DNA of 64,000 nt from Paramecium tetraurelia (GCA_000165425.1 CT868679.1:186001-250000), one strand, 5' to 3'; numbered from the stretch's first letter, positions 12,240 through 27,808 are shown. The notes: generated from the sequence alone by a model not told the origin. Made by a program: numbers and translations.

Positions 12240-15200
12240 ATGGACCCGGCAAAATAATATTTAGTTAATTGTGTTTAGGCTCTTCTTAATTTGCCTCAAA
12301 CTCCTCAAGGTTTAGCTTCGGGCCAAACATTAGATAAATTTATGATTGCTTAAGAGAAAAAGAGTTTGATTCTTTAATACATGTAAGGTCAAGGATTAAA
12401 ATTATTTAATCCTAGTAAAGTTGGTAAACTGAAATGCAATATTTAGATGAATTAAATCCATAAACTAAATTGATTGCCATAACTAAAATTGATACAGATG
12501 TAATAACTGAGGATAATTATTTTACTAATCTCACAGTCTAATTATTATCACCTAATGTAGTAACAGAATTGAGTAATCATTTATCAATGATCTATTAACC
12601 ATTGATGGGAGCTGGAGTTGATGAAAAAATTAAAAAAAAGTTATCAGGTTTCAAGTAATGAAATTTGATTTAAATTATTAGACAGGTCTTATAAGGACTT
12701 TAAGATAATGATTTCGACAATGTATAAACAGAGCAGAGAAATATTAGTCGACCGATTGATGAAATAGAATAATGGTTGAGAATTTCATAATCTGCAACAA
12801 GTTCAGAAAGTTAATAGAGAACAGCAAATCAAGTTTGTTAGATTTACTAAAAGGTTACTTAACTATGGAAAGATGTTAAATAATTGGAGATAAATAAATT
12901 TTCAGATTTATTGGATCAAACTTTGGTTTGTCTTGATGAGTTATACACTTAACAGTTATATAATGAATAAAAATTATCAGGAATGTTATCTTCTATGTAC
13001 AATTAAATCATAATAAAATTGTAAAACATAATTCCATAAGGATAATAAATATTTAGTAATAGTCAATAGCAGAAACTTCTATTATTAGAATGCTAGAAGG
13101 TGATAAGAATGTTTGGAGAAAATTTAAGGAAATATTTTGAATATGATTGGAAAATTAATCCTAATCTCTAAGAATTTGAACAAATTGAGAAAAGATTGAG
13201 TGATCTTATTGAATTGCGAAGTATTTATGAAGAATTGAAGAGAAGCAATATTGATTAAGATTTCTTTAAGGAATTATTTGAAGTCAATCCATTTATGTCA
13301 ATAGGTTAAGATTCTTTATTTAATGTTGCTTACAAAAAAGTACTTAATAACTTAGAGACTGCTGAATAAGATATCATAAATCTTTTAAGATAATAGGTTT
13401 TTAAATAGTAAGTGATGAAGGAAAATCCGTTGTAAACTATTAGAGAGATGTAGAGATGGACTGGATTATTATCGAGAAATACTATATAGAAACACTTTTT
13501 AACAGAGCGTGATTCATTGATTACTTCAATTACTAATATGATTTCTAAAATTGAATAGGAATTTAATACAAGATCAGGAGCTGCTTTTCTTGATGATGGA
13601 GAAGAGGAGAAATTGCCTTATTAAATTGGGTTCTCTAAAAATATTCACTAAATTGTTTGGTGCAAATCATTGATTGGAAAAGTGAAGAGGATTATTTAAT
13701 TAATATAATAATTATTTAGTGATATTAAGAAATCTGCATTAATTTATAGTTATGTGTTAAAATCTTATAAAATAAGTTTAATAATTTGAATAGGAATTAT
13801 TTGATTAGTGGAGAAAAGAAATTGACTCACAATTAAAAAAAAATGAAATTTCTTTACAAATTTCTGGAAAATTGATGGAAATTGATATGTAGGATGGCTT
13901 AGTGAGGGTTAATTATTCAGATAAATTAGTTTAATTGATAAAGGAAGTGAGATAGTTATGTGAACTTGGCTATAGAAAGAGTATATCAAATGAAATACAT
14001 ACAATTGTGGAAACAGGCAAAAAGTTTTATAAAGAAGCTTTAACATTGAAATCTATTGCTAGCTTCTATAATTAAATGTCTGATTAAATTATTGAATGTC
14101 AAAAGGCAATGCTAATTAATTAAGCAGTAAGATTTGAAGATACTGTGAAGAATTCCAAAAAAAAAAATAGTATCACATGGGAAAATACTCAAGAATTGGA
14201 AAATTATGTTTAGAAGGTTTAAGAATCTGCAAATGAAATAATGCAAGAAAATAAAAGATTAAGAAAAAATCATTAATAAATAATTGATAATATTTGTTTA
14301 TTGTTTTAGATTGAATTAAAATAAAAGAATCTGTGGAAGGAGAAGGTAGATTAAATAAAGAAAGTAATAGAGTAGACATGTAATAGCATTGATGGTAAAT
14401 TCACAGTTGGATGGAGAACTCATATTGATTTTCAATTATATAAGGCTTTAGAATTTCAATATAAAAAAGGATTTTAAGAAATGGATCATGCTATTAATGA
14501 GATCTAAGCAGATCTTGTTATTAAGAATGGTTAGGTTATATATAAGCCATCTATTGAGGAATTAAGAGAGAAATATTACAATGAACTGAAAAAATACATA
14601 TAATATCCTTCATAATTTATTGGAGTTGGTGGGAATAATGATATTTACATGTAGATGCCAGAGAGGAATGCTGTGTTTGTTATATAAGTTTATGAGAAAA
14701 GTGAACATATTTTTGAAAAATTAATTGGTTTAAGTAGTCAATATATGTGTTGGTCAGTAGTTGCACTATTGGATGCTGAATAATTATAATTATAATTGGG
14801 TAATATGGAATAATGGGAGAAATTTATGAAAGAAGTTAGACAAAGAAGAAAAGAGTTGGAAAAAATTAATGATTATTAAAAGGTTTGAGTGCTTTAACAT
14901 TTAATTATAAGTTTTTTTTAAGCAATTAAGTTTGATTGAATTTGTTTGACTTAAATTTAGTTAGATTAATTATTGTTTAAATTGAATTTGAAAAATTTAA
15001 ATTTAAGAATTAATTATTAATTTAAATTTGAACAATTTTTAAGTTAGACTCAATAGAAATTATCATAAAAACCATAAAATATTAATTAGATGAATTAAGC
15101 ATTAAAGAAATTTTTTTAAATAAAAGCATAGAAATTTGAAATGACTTAGAAAATGCAAGATTGCCAATAAAAACAAAAATTTATCAATTCTTTGAGTTCT

Positions 15201-18200
15201 TAATCTCAAGCCTTGAACCCCATATTAATATAATTGTAATAAATAAACAAGAATTGGGAGAATTTTGAGCTTCTGATAGGAGATTTCGATTCAATATTAG
15301 CTGAATAGACTAAATAGTTAAAAAAGGATATGTAAGCAAGGGCTAAGGAAGTAGACAGTGAGATCGAGAAGTTTTATTCAAGATATTCTGCTGTAAAACC
15401 AAAATAATTGAGTGAATTGGATAGATCATCGGCAAATGAATTAGCTGAGAATATGTAGCAATGGAGATAATAATGGAAATAATTAGATGAAAAGATTTAG
15501 ACTCTTATAAAGGATCATCACCACTTTGAAATGGAAGTCCCAACATTTAATTAATATGATAAGGTTAAGGTTGAAATGACAGACTCAGAAGTAGTGTGGT
15601 GTTATTATGATAAATTCTAATAGAATATTAATAATCTAGGCAAAGAGGATTGGTTGAGTTTCAGAACTAAATTATATATGTTTTAAGAGTTATTGTTACA
15701 AGAATAAGAATAAATAAAGGCAGAATTAGCCAAAGGAACATTCACTAAAAAAGAAGCAATAATAAATTACATCTTTTCTTAGATTGAGTTATATCTTAAA
15801 ATAAATCCATTATTAAAACTAATTGTTGGAGATGCATTCGAACCAGAACATTGGACTAGTTTGTTTATGATTCTTAAGTTAAAAGAAATGAAAAAGGAAA
15901 AGTTGCTATTCAAGGACTTACTTTATTGTGATAAATTAATATTGGACAAACAAAATGATATTAGAGAATTGTAAGCTAGAGCATAAGGAGAAATCACTTT
16001 GAGAGAAGCTATCTTTGAATTGAAAACATGGTGTGATACTTCAGAATTCGATTTAACTGATTACACTAATAATAACAGAGTTACTCCTTTAATTAAAGAA
16101 TGGAAAGAATTAATGACGAAGGTTAGTGATAATCAATCCTTATTGGCATCTTTAAAGGAATCAAAATTCATTGGAAGATTTAAAGATTAAGTGGATTAAT
16201 TCGAATTGAAATTGGGAGGAATTGATGAATATTTATCCAAATTATAAATTATTCAAAGAAAATGGGTTTATCTAGAACCTATTTTTGTCAGAGGAGCACT
16301 ACCTTAAGAATAAGCAAGATTTAGGAGATTGGATGAGGATTTCAGAAATATCATGTTGGGAATATAAAGAGATTAAAAGGTAGTTTCTTTATGTAGTATT
16401 CCAGGAATCAAGGATACATTGGATACAGTGTTGGATCAATTAGAAAGATGTTAAAAGGCTTTGAATGATTACTTAGAAGAGAAGAGAGGTAAATTTCCAA
16501 GGTTTTATTTTTTGGGAGATGATGACCTATTGGAAATATTGGGTCAATCTTAAAATCCTCAAGTCATATAGATGCATCTAAAAAAATTATTTGCTGGTAT
16601 AAACTCTGTCGAATTCAGCAAGGATAATACCTAGATTTATTCTATGTTATCATCCTAAAAGGAATAAGTTCAATTTAATAATTCTATTTAAGTAAATGAT
16701 ATAGTAGAAAGTTGGTTATCAGTATTGTCTTCAAATATGAAAGAGACCTTAAGTTAATTATTGAAATAATGCTTAAAAGAGTAGAACATGGATTTCAATA
16801 AATTCCCATCTTAGATTCTTTGCTTGTCAGAAGAGTAATTTATATATCAATATTAATAGAATTAAGTTCACTGAATAAGCAGTTTCAGCATTGAATTCGA
16901 ATAAATTACCGTAGTTCAAATAAACATAGTTAAAATTATTAGATTAATATACTCAATTGAATGCACAATCATCAAATAATTATCTATTACAATTAAAATT
17001 AAAATCATTAATTTTAGATCTTATTCATCATCTGGATATAATAAATTAACTAATTGACAACAAAGTTTCAGTATTATCAGATTGGTATTGGTATAAATAA
17101 TTAAAATATGAATATTAAAAAGATGCACAAATAATAATGTGCAAAGCAAGATTTGATTATACCTATGAATATCAAGGGAATGGGTAAAAGTTAGTGCATA
17201 CACCCTTGACAGACAAATGCTATTTAACATTGACTTAAGGAATGTCCATGGGTTATGGAGGCAATCCATATGGTCCTGCAGGTACAGGTAAGACCGAATC
17301 AGTAAAGGCACTTGGGTAGTTATTTGGAAGATAGGTGTTGGTATTTAATTGCGATGAAGGTATCGACTTTAAGAGTATGGGACGTATCTTCATGGGATTG
17401 GTTAAATGTGGAGCATGGGGTTGTTTTGATGAATTCAATAGATTGTTGGAAGAATAATTATCAGCTATATCATAATAAATTCAAATTATTTAAAATGCTA
17501 TTAAGGAGAATTCATAATCTATGACTTTGATGGGATAAACCTGTATGGTTAATAAAGATTCAGGCATATTTGTTACATTGAATCCAGCTGGTAAGAATTA
17601 TGGAGGAAGATCTAAATTACCTGATAATTTAAAATAATTGTTTAGACCTGTGGCTATGTCAATACCAGATAATGAATTGATTGCTGAAGTCTTATTGTAT
17701 TCAGAAGGATTCAAGAATGCCAAGATTTTGGCAGAGAAAATTATCACAATATTCACATTATCGAAATAATTGTTAAGTCCATAGTAACATTATGATTGGG
17801 GATTGAGAGCACTTAAAACAATATTGACAGTGGCTGGATAAATTATATAGGAAGAAAGAAAATAGGGAGTAGAAATTAATGAAACAATCGAATCAGAGTT
17901 GCTGATTAAATCTATTAGAATTAATACAATGTCAAAGTTGACATATCATGATACAAAGAAGTTTGTTTAATTGGTCCAGGATGTCTTCCCTAACATAAAT
18001 AGTTAGGATATTATATATGAGAAATTGACAAATGCAATAAAGGAAGTGTTATAAAGCATGAAATTGAGTGAGATAGATAATTAAATTGCAAAGATTCTAT
18101 AGTTTTATGAAGCAACTAAATAGAGAATGGGCGTAGTATTGGTAGGTCCATCTGGTTGTGGTAAGACTACAATATGGAAAAGTGTTAAAGAAGGCACATG

Positions 18201-21200
18201 AGAAATTAGGGTAATAAGTCAAAACTCATGTGATGAATCCTAAATCTATGCCTAGAAGTTAACTATTAGGAAATATGAATAATGACACAAGAGAATTTAG
18301 TGAGGGAGTATTAACAGCATCAGCTAGATTGGTAGTTAAAGAATCAGTGGATGTCTTAAATTGGATTATATGCGATGGAGATATTGATCCTGAATGGATT
18401 GAATCATTAAATTCAGTCTTGGATGATAATCATTTGTTAACATTACCTACTGGTGAACGTATCTCATTCCAAAATAATGTTAATTTTATCTTTGAAACTT
18501 CTGATTTATAATATGCATCACCTGCTACTGTTAGTAGAATGGGAATGATATTTTTGAATAATGAAGATATCAGTATGTAATCTTTAGTGACTAGATGGAT
18601 TAATAAATTAGAATGTGAAGAAGAAAAGAAGAGTATGCTATTAAATCAAATTGAATCAACTTTATACAATTTACTAGAGGAAATATTCTCTTATGAAGAA
18701 TCATAGATTGTACCTACTACCAGAGTTGGTTTAATTATGAATATTCTATCCTAATTACAGAGAATACCTACTAATAAATAGCAATTCAATTATTTCTTAT
18801 TGTAAGGCTTGTCTTCCAATTTCCAACCAGAAATCAGGTTGAAATTCTAAACATTAATTAATTCTAATCTTGAATTAAATGAAAATGGAGACAAATATCA
18901 ATATATTAATCAAAATATCGACGAATCCTAATTCTCTGATGTTAATGATCCTCCTGTCATCAAAACAGTTGGCCATTAAAAAGATCTCTAAATGTTATAA
19001 TCCTGGATTCTCAATAATGATCCCTTCATTATTGTTGGAGAAGAAGGTTGTGGCAAGAATTTATTAATCCAAAGTGCATTCAAAGAACTTAAAAAGACTA
19101 TCAAAATTCAAATAGCAACAATCAATTGTAATGCTTAAACTAGTGCATCTTAAATCATTCAGAAATTAAATCAAATCTGTGCCAAAGGTACTTCAGCCTT
19201 GGGCAGAGTATATAAGCCTAAAGATTGTAGTCGTTTGATTCTTTATTTAAAGGATATTAACCTTCCTAAGCCTGATAAATATTAAACTATTCAACTCATT
19301 GCATTTTTGTAATAATTAATTACACACAGAGGGTTTTATGATGAAAATTTAGAGTTTGTCTATTTGGATGACAAGATCTAAATTGTTTCTTCAATGAATC
19401 CTCCTTCTACTATTGGAAGACATTAATTGTCAACGAGATTCACAGCTAATGTTAGAATCTATTATATTGAATAACCATCTAATGATGAATTATAACAGAT
19501 ATATCAAGAATATCTTAAAATTCTCATTTTTAAAGATAACAATTAAAGTAAAAAAGGTGCTTAATTATTAATTGAATGTTATACTTAAATCAAATCCAAA
19601 TTCACCGTTGATGAACAAAGACATTATCTCTTTACTCCAAGAACTATCACATAAATAATTTTTGCACTAAAAAGATACAATGATATATAATCAGTATTCC
19701 CAGAAGCTCTACTCAATGAATTCAATAAAATATTTAGAGATAAATTGATCTCTCAAGATCAGTAATTTAAATTTGATTAATTGATTTTACCAATTTTCAA
19801 AAAATACTATAAGGACATCCAATCATAATAATACTTTGCCACTGTTTAGAACCTCCAAACTCTGTCGAAGATTGAAAAAAAGGATTTTATTCAACTGGTT
19901 TCTCAAGCTGTTCAAATTTATTCCAGAGAAAATAGAGAATTAAATGTTGTGATGATTGAGGAAGTACTCTCTCTTTTAACATCCTTAAACAGAGCTTTGT
20001 CTTCTCAAAGTCAAACAACACTCCTATTAGCTGGCAGAAATGGTATTGGAAGAAAGATGGGTTTGTAGATAATGTCTACTATGCTTAATTTAGAAGTACT
20101 CTAACCGTATACATGTAGAGATTATGGAATCAGAGAGTTTAAGAGAGATCTTAAATCATATATGGAAACTGCCTAATCTAAGAATTGTTTATTGATTTTA
20201 GAAGATCATGTGTTATTATAATAAGGAATCTTAGAAACTGTTAATTCCTTAATCTCAAGTGGAGAAATTCCAGGGTTATTTGGATATGATGAAATCGATA
20301 GATTAATCTAAAATCCAGAAGAAGTGAAGAGGGAATTTTATGGTAAAACCCTTTATGAGGCATTTCATGAAAGAGTAAAGAGAAATATGAAGATTGCTTT
20401 GGTGATGGACAACTCTAATCACGAATTCTAAACTAATTGTGCTTAAAATCCAGCTTTGTTTACAAATACTACAATTATATGGTAGACTTAATTATCAAAA
20501 GAGAGTTTGTTACAATTCATGAAAAAATAGTTAGAGTCTTCCAATAATAATAATTCTGTCAATGAATAATTAATTAGTTATGCAGTTGAAATACATAGAA
20601 ATTCAAAAGCCGATCCAAGAAGCTTTTAATCTTTGACTTAGACTTATAGTTTAATAATGGATACGAAGATGTAATCAAAAGGATCACAAGCAGATCATTT
20701 ATAAAAAGGTCTTGAGAAATTATAGGAAGCAAATAACTTAGTAAATAAGTTGACTTAGGAAGCCTAAGAAAAGAAAGTCTTATTGTCTAAAAAGTAATTG
20801 GAAGCAGATGATGCTTTATAAAAGATATCAAAAGCAATGTAGGATGCAGCTGAACGTAGATAAGAAACTGAATAATTACAAAGATATCTTTAAGAGGAAG
20901 AGGGCAAGATAAAAGTGTCTAAGGATAAGGTTGAAGATGAATTGAGAGATGTTAACCCATTAGTATAAGAGGCACAGAATGCAGTCAAAGGAATATCAAA
21001 GTCACATTTGGATGAATTAAAATCGTTGGCTTAACCTCCACCTGCAATCTATGATGTGCTAGGAGCTGTTATGAAAGTTTTTAAGTAAACAGAAATAAAT
21101 TGGAAAGCTATTAAGAAGTTTTTGGGTAATAAACAAGTAATTGATTAAATCATTGACTTTGATCCTCATATGATTACTGCTGATATCAGAAAAGATGTTG

Positions 21201-24200
21201 AGGAGGAAATTGCCAAACATTCCAATTCTTTTGAAAAATAAAATATTTATAGAGCTTCATTGGCAGCAGGACCATTGGCTGATTGGGTAAAAGCAATATT
21301 AAAATATGCTACAGTTTTAGAGAAGATTTCACCTTTAGAGAAAGAATTATCAATGATTAGTAAGAAATTGGATTCGTCTAGAAATAGATTGAAATAATGT
21401 TAAGATGCATTAAATTAACTTGATTAAAAAGTCCAAGAATTAAAAAACAATTTTGCATCTAAAACAAGTGAGGCAGAATTACTTAAGAGAGATTTAGAAA
21501 AAGCAGAACAAACTGTGAGTTTGGCATCAAATTTATTAGATAAATTATCAGGAGAAAAGGTGAGATGGTAATAATAACATGATTTAATTGCATAAGAATT
21601 AAAACAATTTCCATTAGATTCGTTATTATCTGCATCATACATTACATATTTATCCTCTTAAGATGAAAATGTTAGATATAAGACATTATAAGAATGGGTT
21701 CATTTGACAAAATTATAGCAATATGATTTCTTAAAATTTATGTCAAATGAGAGTCAAATATTGAAATGGAAAACACTTGGTTTACCAGGAGATTAATTGA
21801 GTATTGAAAATTCAGTTATGGTATTCTCATCTTCAAAGGTGTCATTATTAATTGATCCTAATACATAAGCCACTGAATGGTTGAAGAAAACATTGTCATA
21901 GGCTGAAATATTGAATTAAACAGATCCTAAATTCAATAATCAATTGGAGTTAGCAGTTAGATTTGGTAAAACTATAGTGATCTAAGAAATTGATTAAATT
22001 GAAGGATTATTGATCCCATTATTAAGAAAAGATTTATTGCATTAAGGTCCTAGATGGATAGTTATGATAGGAGAGAAATCTGTTGATTTTAATGAAAGTT
22101 TTGTAATGTATTTGACAACAAGGAATTCATCAATTCATTTGCCTCCTCATACTGTATCTCTGGTATAAGTTATTAATTATACTGTCACTAGAAGTGGTTT
22201 GGAAGGTAAATTACTTAGTATTATCATTAATATTGAATAACCAGATTTAGAATAGAAGAAATAATAACTATTGGAAAATGAAGAAAAATTAAAGATGTAA
22301 TTGGCTGATTTAGAGAAAACTCTTTTAGATGAGTTGGCAAATTCATAGGGAAATATCTTAGAGAATAGAGTGTTGATTGATAGCTTAAATTAAACAAAGT
22401 CAAAATCATAAGTTATTGCTTAGAGTTTACAAGAGTCTTCAAAATTACAGGAAGATTTAGACACATAAAGAGATGTGTACAGACCATTATCTTAGAAAGG
22501 TGCTCAAATCTTCATTCTTATTCAAAGTCTATAGAACTTAAATAATATGTATAAATATTCATTGGCTTACTTTATTCAAATATTTTAAAAGACTCTAGAT
22601 ATCAAAGAGAATTTTGATTCAAAACAAAAGAAATTAGAGTTTGCTGGATAGAGTTTATTGAAAAATATCTTCAATCAAATAGCTGGTTCATTGTTCAAAT
22701 AAGATAGATTAATCTTTGCTTTACATTTGGTAAAAGGGTGCAAACCAGAACTAATTGAGGAAGAGGAATGGTAATTTATGATTGGTAATTAAATACCTAA
22801 TGACAGTGCTCATCTTCCAAAATGGGCGTCTTAAGATAGAAAGGAAATATTTGGATAGTTATAGAATCTTAAATTAAATATCAATTTTAATTCTAGTGAA
22901 TGGGAATAATGGAATAATAATTAAGAATGCGAGAAAAATTTCCCATAATCTGCTAAATTAAAACCATTTTAAAAAGTGCTTATTGTTTAAACATTCAGAC
23001 CTGAAAGGGTTTAAAGTGCATTGAATGAATTTGTTTGTCCTAATTTAAGTATCCCAAGTGTTAGTGGCTAGACATTTAATTTTTAGACTGTTGCTTAAGA
23101 AGAATTAACTGCTTAAATTCCATGTCTATTTGTGGTCTCAGCTGGTAGTGATCCTTCAAAAGAACTTGAAGAATTTGCTGAATAATAAATTGGTAAATAA
23201 AACTTTCAAGAAATGTCTATGGGGGGTAATTAAAATGAATTAGCATTAAAATTGATAAAAGAAGCAGCACAAAAAGGTTAGTGGGTATGTTTAAAGAATT
23301 TGCATTTAGTTATTAGTTTCCTTCCTTTATTAGAAAAAACCATAAAATAATTAAAGCCACATCCAAATTTCAAATTGTGGCTTACAACTGAAGCTCATCT
23401 GAAATTCCCATCTATACTTCTTGAAACTTGCTATAAGGTATCATATGAAGCACCTCCAGGATTAAAGAAGAACCTATAGAGAATAATAACAAGTTGGCCC
23501 ACACATAATAAATAATCTGTTTATTAAACACAATTATTGTTCATCCTAACTTGGTTCCATGCTTTAGTTTAAGAAAGAAGAACCTATATTCCATAAGGTT
23601 GGAGTAAGTTCTATGAATTTTCATATGCCGACTATAAAGCAGGTGTCTAAATAATTGAGAATCTATTATAAGAGTCCTAAACAATCTCTTGGTAAACCTT
23701 ATATGGATTATACGAAAATGCTATTTATGGTGGAAGAGTAGATAATGAATAAGATATCAAGGTGTTAAGAGCTTATTTAGAAACCTATTTCAACTAGAAT
23801 AAATTATAAAATGGAACTCTTAGCACTGGACAATAAATACCATAAACCAATTAAGTTAAAGATCTTATTAATTTAATTAATAAATTACCTGAAAATGATG
23901 TTCCTGAATTTTTTGGATTGCCTAATAATATTGATAAAGCTGTTTAAAGATATACAATATAAAGAGTTGTCAGTGGATTGAAATCTATGAATAATATAGT
24001 CGGATCAGAAATCAAGTTTGATAAAGAATTGTGGTCGAATTTATTAAGTCCTCTCATCAATATGTGGGATCAATTAAAAATAAGGGATACTATCTAAGTT
24101 ACTAACTAATAATTAGGGTCATTGGATCCAATTGAATCATTCATTTATTTAGAAGCATAATAGACTTGGAATCTGTATTAGATTATCAACCATTCCTTTG

Positions 24201-24853
24201 AGAAATTAAAGAATGTCTTATACAATAATGGCTTATTGACTAGTGACATTATTGATATTGGATTGCTATTTATCAAAGATATCGTACCTCAGAAATGGAG
24301 TAACTTCTGGGAAGGTCCTGATGATATCAATTTATGGTTGAAAATATTTATTAAGAAACTCAATGCAATTAAATCATGGATTGACAAGATACAAAGAAAA
24401 TAATAATTAGATGAAGTTGATCTAAGCGAGTTATTCCATCCTGAAATATATATGAATGCACTAAGGTAAAAAACTGCCAGAAAATTAAATATTCCATTAA
24501 ATGAATTGAAATTATAAGCAGATTTTGACAATCTTAAACACCCTCTTGTAGTTAAATTAAAGAATCTATTATTATAAGGTTGCGGATTCTCCAATGGTTA
24601 ATTAGTTGATGATATGAAGATAACATCTGAATTCATCGAATTACCTCCTTTGAATATCTCTTATGTGGAGAAATCATAACCAGAGAAGAATGGAATTGGG
24701 GTAATTTAATATTTATAGTCTTTATAGGATTTCCCGATTTACTTAAATGCCAGCAGAGAGAAATTACTATGCAGAATTAAATTACTTCAATCTGGTCAAA
24801 TAAACGATAAAATCATAGCTGGTGTTGCATTATTTTTGAGTTAAAATGATTGA
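12240..24853 (+). CDS. DYNC2H1: Cytoplasmic dynein 2 heavy chain (retrograde IFT dynein)
   Basis: AAA1 [60 protein letters not shown] is the dynein-2 signature. Also AAA2 [11 protein letters not shown]3 GEEGCGKN and AAA4 AGRNGIGRK. Introns at about 12655-12681, 16835-16859 and 24701-24728. The consensus has insertion errors at about 13739, 14885-15029 and 18181. Confidence 0.95.
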
Positions 24854-25026
24854 TTAATTATGTTAAACATCAATATCTATATAAATATATATAGAGAGGT
24901 TGATATCTTCATATTAAAGATGAAAAATAAAAGAGCGGTATTATATACATCTTCTTTAATTAATATAATTATATGTTGGCTGTTTATTTTCTATTTATAA
25001 AGTATATAAATATGCTAACGTATATA

Positions 25027-26177
25027 TCATAATATCAATTAAATAGACGAAGAATCTTTCACTTCACAACATGTTTTAATCATTGATGGTAGGGATGTTG
25101 CTAGCTTTTAATGTACAATGCTTATTGTTTCTTCGATTATTCTTTTTAGCTCTCTTAATAAATCATTTTATTGTCCCTAAGTTTAGCATAGAGTAATAAT
25201 TTATTAGATAGAACTATTTGAAATGATTTCTAAGGTTTTATCTAAGACATCTATCTGTTCTTCATCATATTAAAATGAAACGATGCTTAGAAATTATATC
25301 AATTTTACCTATCTTTTTATCCTGTTTACTCATGAGTTTATGTATCCTTAGTACTTGTCTCTTTTTAAATTTAGTAAAGCTTCTATTAAAGATTTCCAAT
25401 AACTTTAGTTTTATCTTCTAATTAAGATTAGAAACTTTCTTTATCAGAATCACGTAGTTTAGCTATTTAATCATATTTAGTTTTCCAATCTCTCACAGAT
25501 TATTGATTATCTTCATCCTACTTATGTCTTTCTTTAACCAAATCATTAAAAATATTAGTTAAATTATCATATTCTTTTTTTAATTATTAGTATTCATTTT
25601 TTAATCTTTAATTTTCAATTTGGTATTTTTGAATATCATGCATTTTTTTTTCATTCGTAGGTGAATTAGTTGCAGAACCTTCTTGAATGATTGCAAAATT
25701 TTCTTCTTCTTTCTTTTTCATTTCATCAAATAGTTTGTTTTTAGCCTCTAATTCAGCTTGACATTTCTCAAAATCCTATTGCTTTTTCGATAACTCTGAT
25801 TTAAGCTTTTCAATTATTTCTTATTTTTATTAATCCTTTGCTTTTAATTACGATTATAAATCTGAATTAGAATCTTTCAAGTCTTATATTTCTTTAAGTA
25901 ACTTATTTAGTTTAGATTAAGTTTCCTATTTCTCTCTTTCCTAAATTCATTTAATATTTTACTTTATCTTCATTGATTTCATCTAACTTTGGTATTTCAT
26001 ATTAAATATATTATTCTAGGAATTTGAGAGTTGATAATTCAAATTCAAGATTGTTGATTTTTTCTTTGAATTCACTGACTTCTTTTTACAGAGTCTAAAT
26101 ATGTGATTAATAAGTGATACTTTTATATAATTGGCACTTTATTTTAGTTTTTCTCCTTGAGTATTTATATTTAACAT
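25027..26177 (-). CDS. Coiled-coil protein of unknown function
   Basis: ATG at 26177 (MLNINTQGEKLKQSANYIK), several tiny introns, E/K/Q-rich heptads, TGA at 25029-25027. Confidence 0.7.
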
Positions 26178-26219
26178 AAAATAATAAATAAGTGGTATTA
26201 TAAACAATTTCTATAGATT

Positions 26220-27569
26220 TCATTTATTAAAGATATTCTTAACCTTCTCAAAGACACCTTCATGAACAGTTGATTACCCTTTTGTTTCACTCTTCTCTAA
26301 CTATTAAATTTATATTATAACTATACTTTCGCCAATTCTTCAAAAAGCTTTCTTTATTGTTCATTCAAATTTGTAGGAATTTGAATTTTTAGATTCACAA
26401 CTTAATCACCCCTTTGATTAGAATTAGGTGCCAATTTGGTAATTCCCTAAAATTAAATAAGACTATTACTAATCCACTTAATCTAATTTTTTCCCCATCT
26501 TAGCTACCTGGTTTTATACTTATTTGCTATTCGCCATTAAGTGTTTTGATCTTAACTTAATCTCCAAGCACAGCCTAAGCAACAGAAATGTAAGCATTAG
26601 TAATTAAATCATATCCATCTCTTTTGTAATATGAATCTGGCTTAACTTATACTTTAATAATTAAATCTCCAGCTTTGCCTCCATTTTCTCCAATATTTCC
26701 TTTGCCAGTCACTCTTAAATTCTATCCATCAGCTATGCCCTTTGGAATATTCACAGCCTCAGAAGTAGCTTACTTCTATATTCCAGCTCCTTTGCAAGTT
26801 GTACCTATATAATATTAATCAAAATTACAGGGATTCTTGATTGAGACTCCAGTTCCTCTACATTTAGTACATGCCATTTATATTGTCATAGCTCCTTATC
26901 TGTAATTTATTGAACCTCTGCCACCACAATTAGTGCATCTTCCTGGTGCTGTTCCTGGTTTGCATTTGGTTCCATTACAAGTAGAACATACTCCAATCTT
27001 CTCAAATTGTATTGTCTATTATGCCCCATTTACACTATCCATAAATGATATTTCCAATTAGATAAAAATATCTGCGCCCTTTATTTATCTTTCTGATTCT
27101 CCTCCCATATTAAAGAATGACGCAAAATCACCAAAGATAGATTCATCGAATTAGAAATCTTATGCTTTGCCTCCTCTAGCTCCTTATCTAAAAAAGCTAC
27201 TATATGCTGCAAATGGATCCTAAGCTCCAGCCTAGTCCTATTCATCTCCAGTCATTCCCACTTAATCATAGACTTTTCTTTTATTTTCATCAGATAATGT
27301 TTCATATGCACTATGTCTCATGTTATTCATACTTGTTAATTTCTGCAAACTTTTCCTTTGCATCTTTTGATGGATTTGCATCTGGATGATATTTCTTTGC
27401 CAATCCATAATAAGCATTCTTAATGTCATTTTAGGAAGCATTTTTTGGTACTCCCAATAGTTCTGGTTTTAAAATAATATAGATTACCATACAGATCCTT
27501 CTTAGATGAAAAACAAAGAAAAGGCACATTTGTGAATCTCTTTAGAATGTTCCTAGACAATAATTGCAT
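26220..27569 (-). CDS. Type I DnaJ/Hsp40, probably mitochondrial (Mdj1/DNAJA3-like)
   Basis: Presequence-like [27 protein letters not shown], a J-domain with AKKYHPD, a G/F region, four CxxCxGxG-type repeats ([31 protein letters not shown]) and a C-terminal domain. Confidence 0.93.
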
Positions 27570-27808
27570 TGTTAACCTGAAATAAATTAAGTTATTAATT
27601 TTATAAATTATTTAAATGATTCATAATGTAATCAAAAAACACAAAGGAATATCTATTCTTAGAAAATGTGATTTTCTTTGATCTTTGTTTACATATTTTA
27701 AATAATATTGAGAATATTACTTAAGTAATTTTCACATATTTCAAATGATATGAAGTTAAATATAATTTTAGGTTTATTTAAAATAATAAATGATTGCACT
27801 AATTAAAA

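Noticed and set aside
14880..15032. AT-rich block in dynein as a retained IES or long intron
   Set aside because: It translates to plausible dynein-2 tail sequence after removing extra Ts, so it is coding rather than an insertion.
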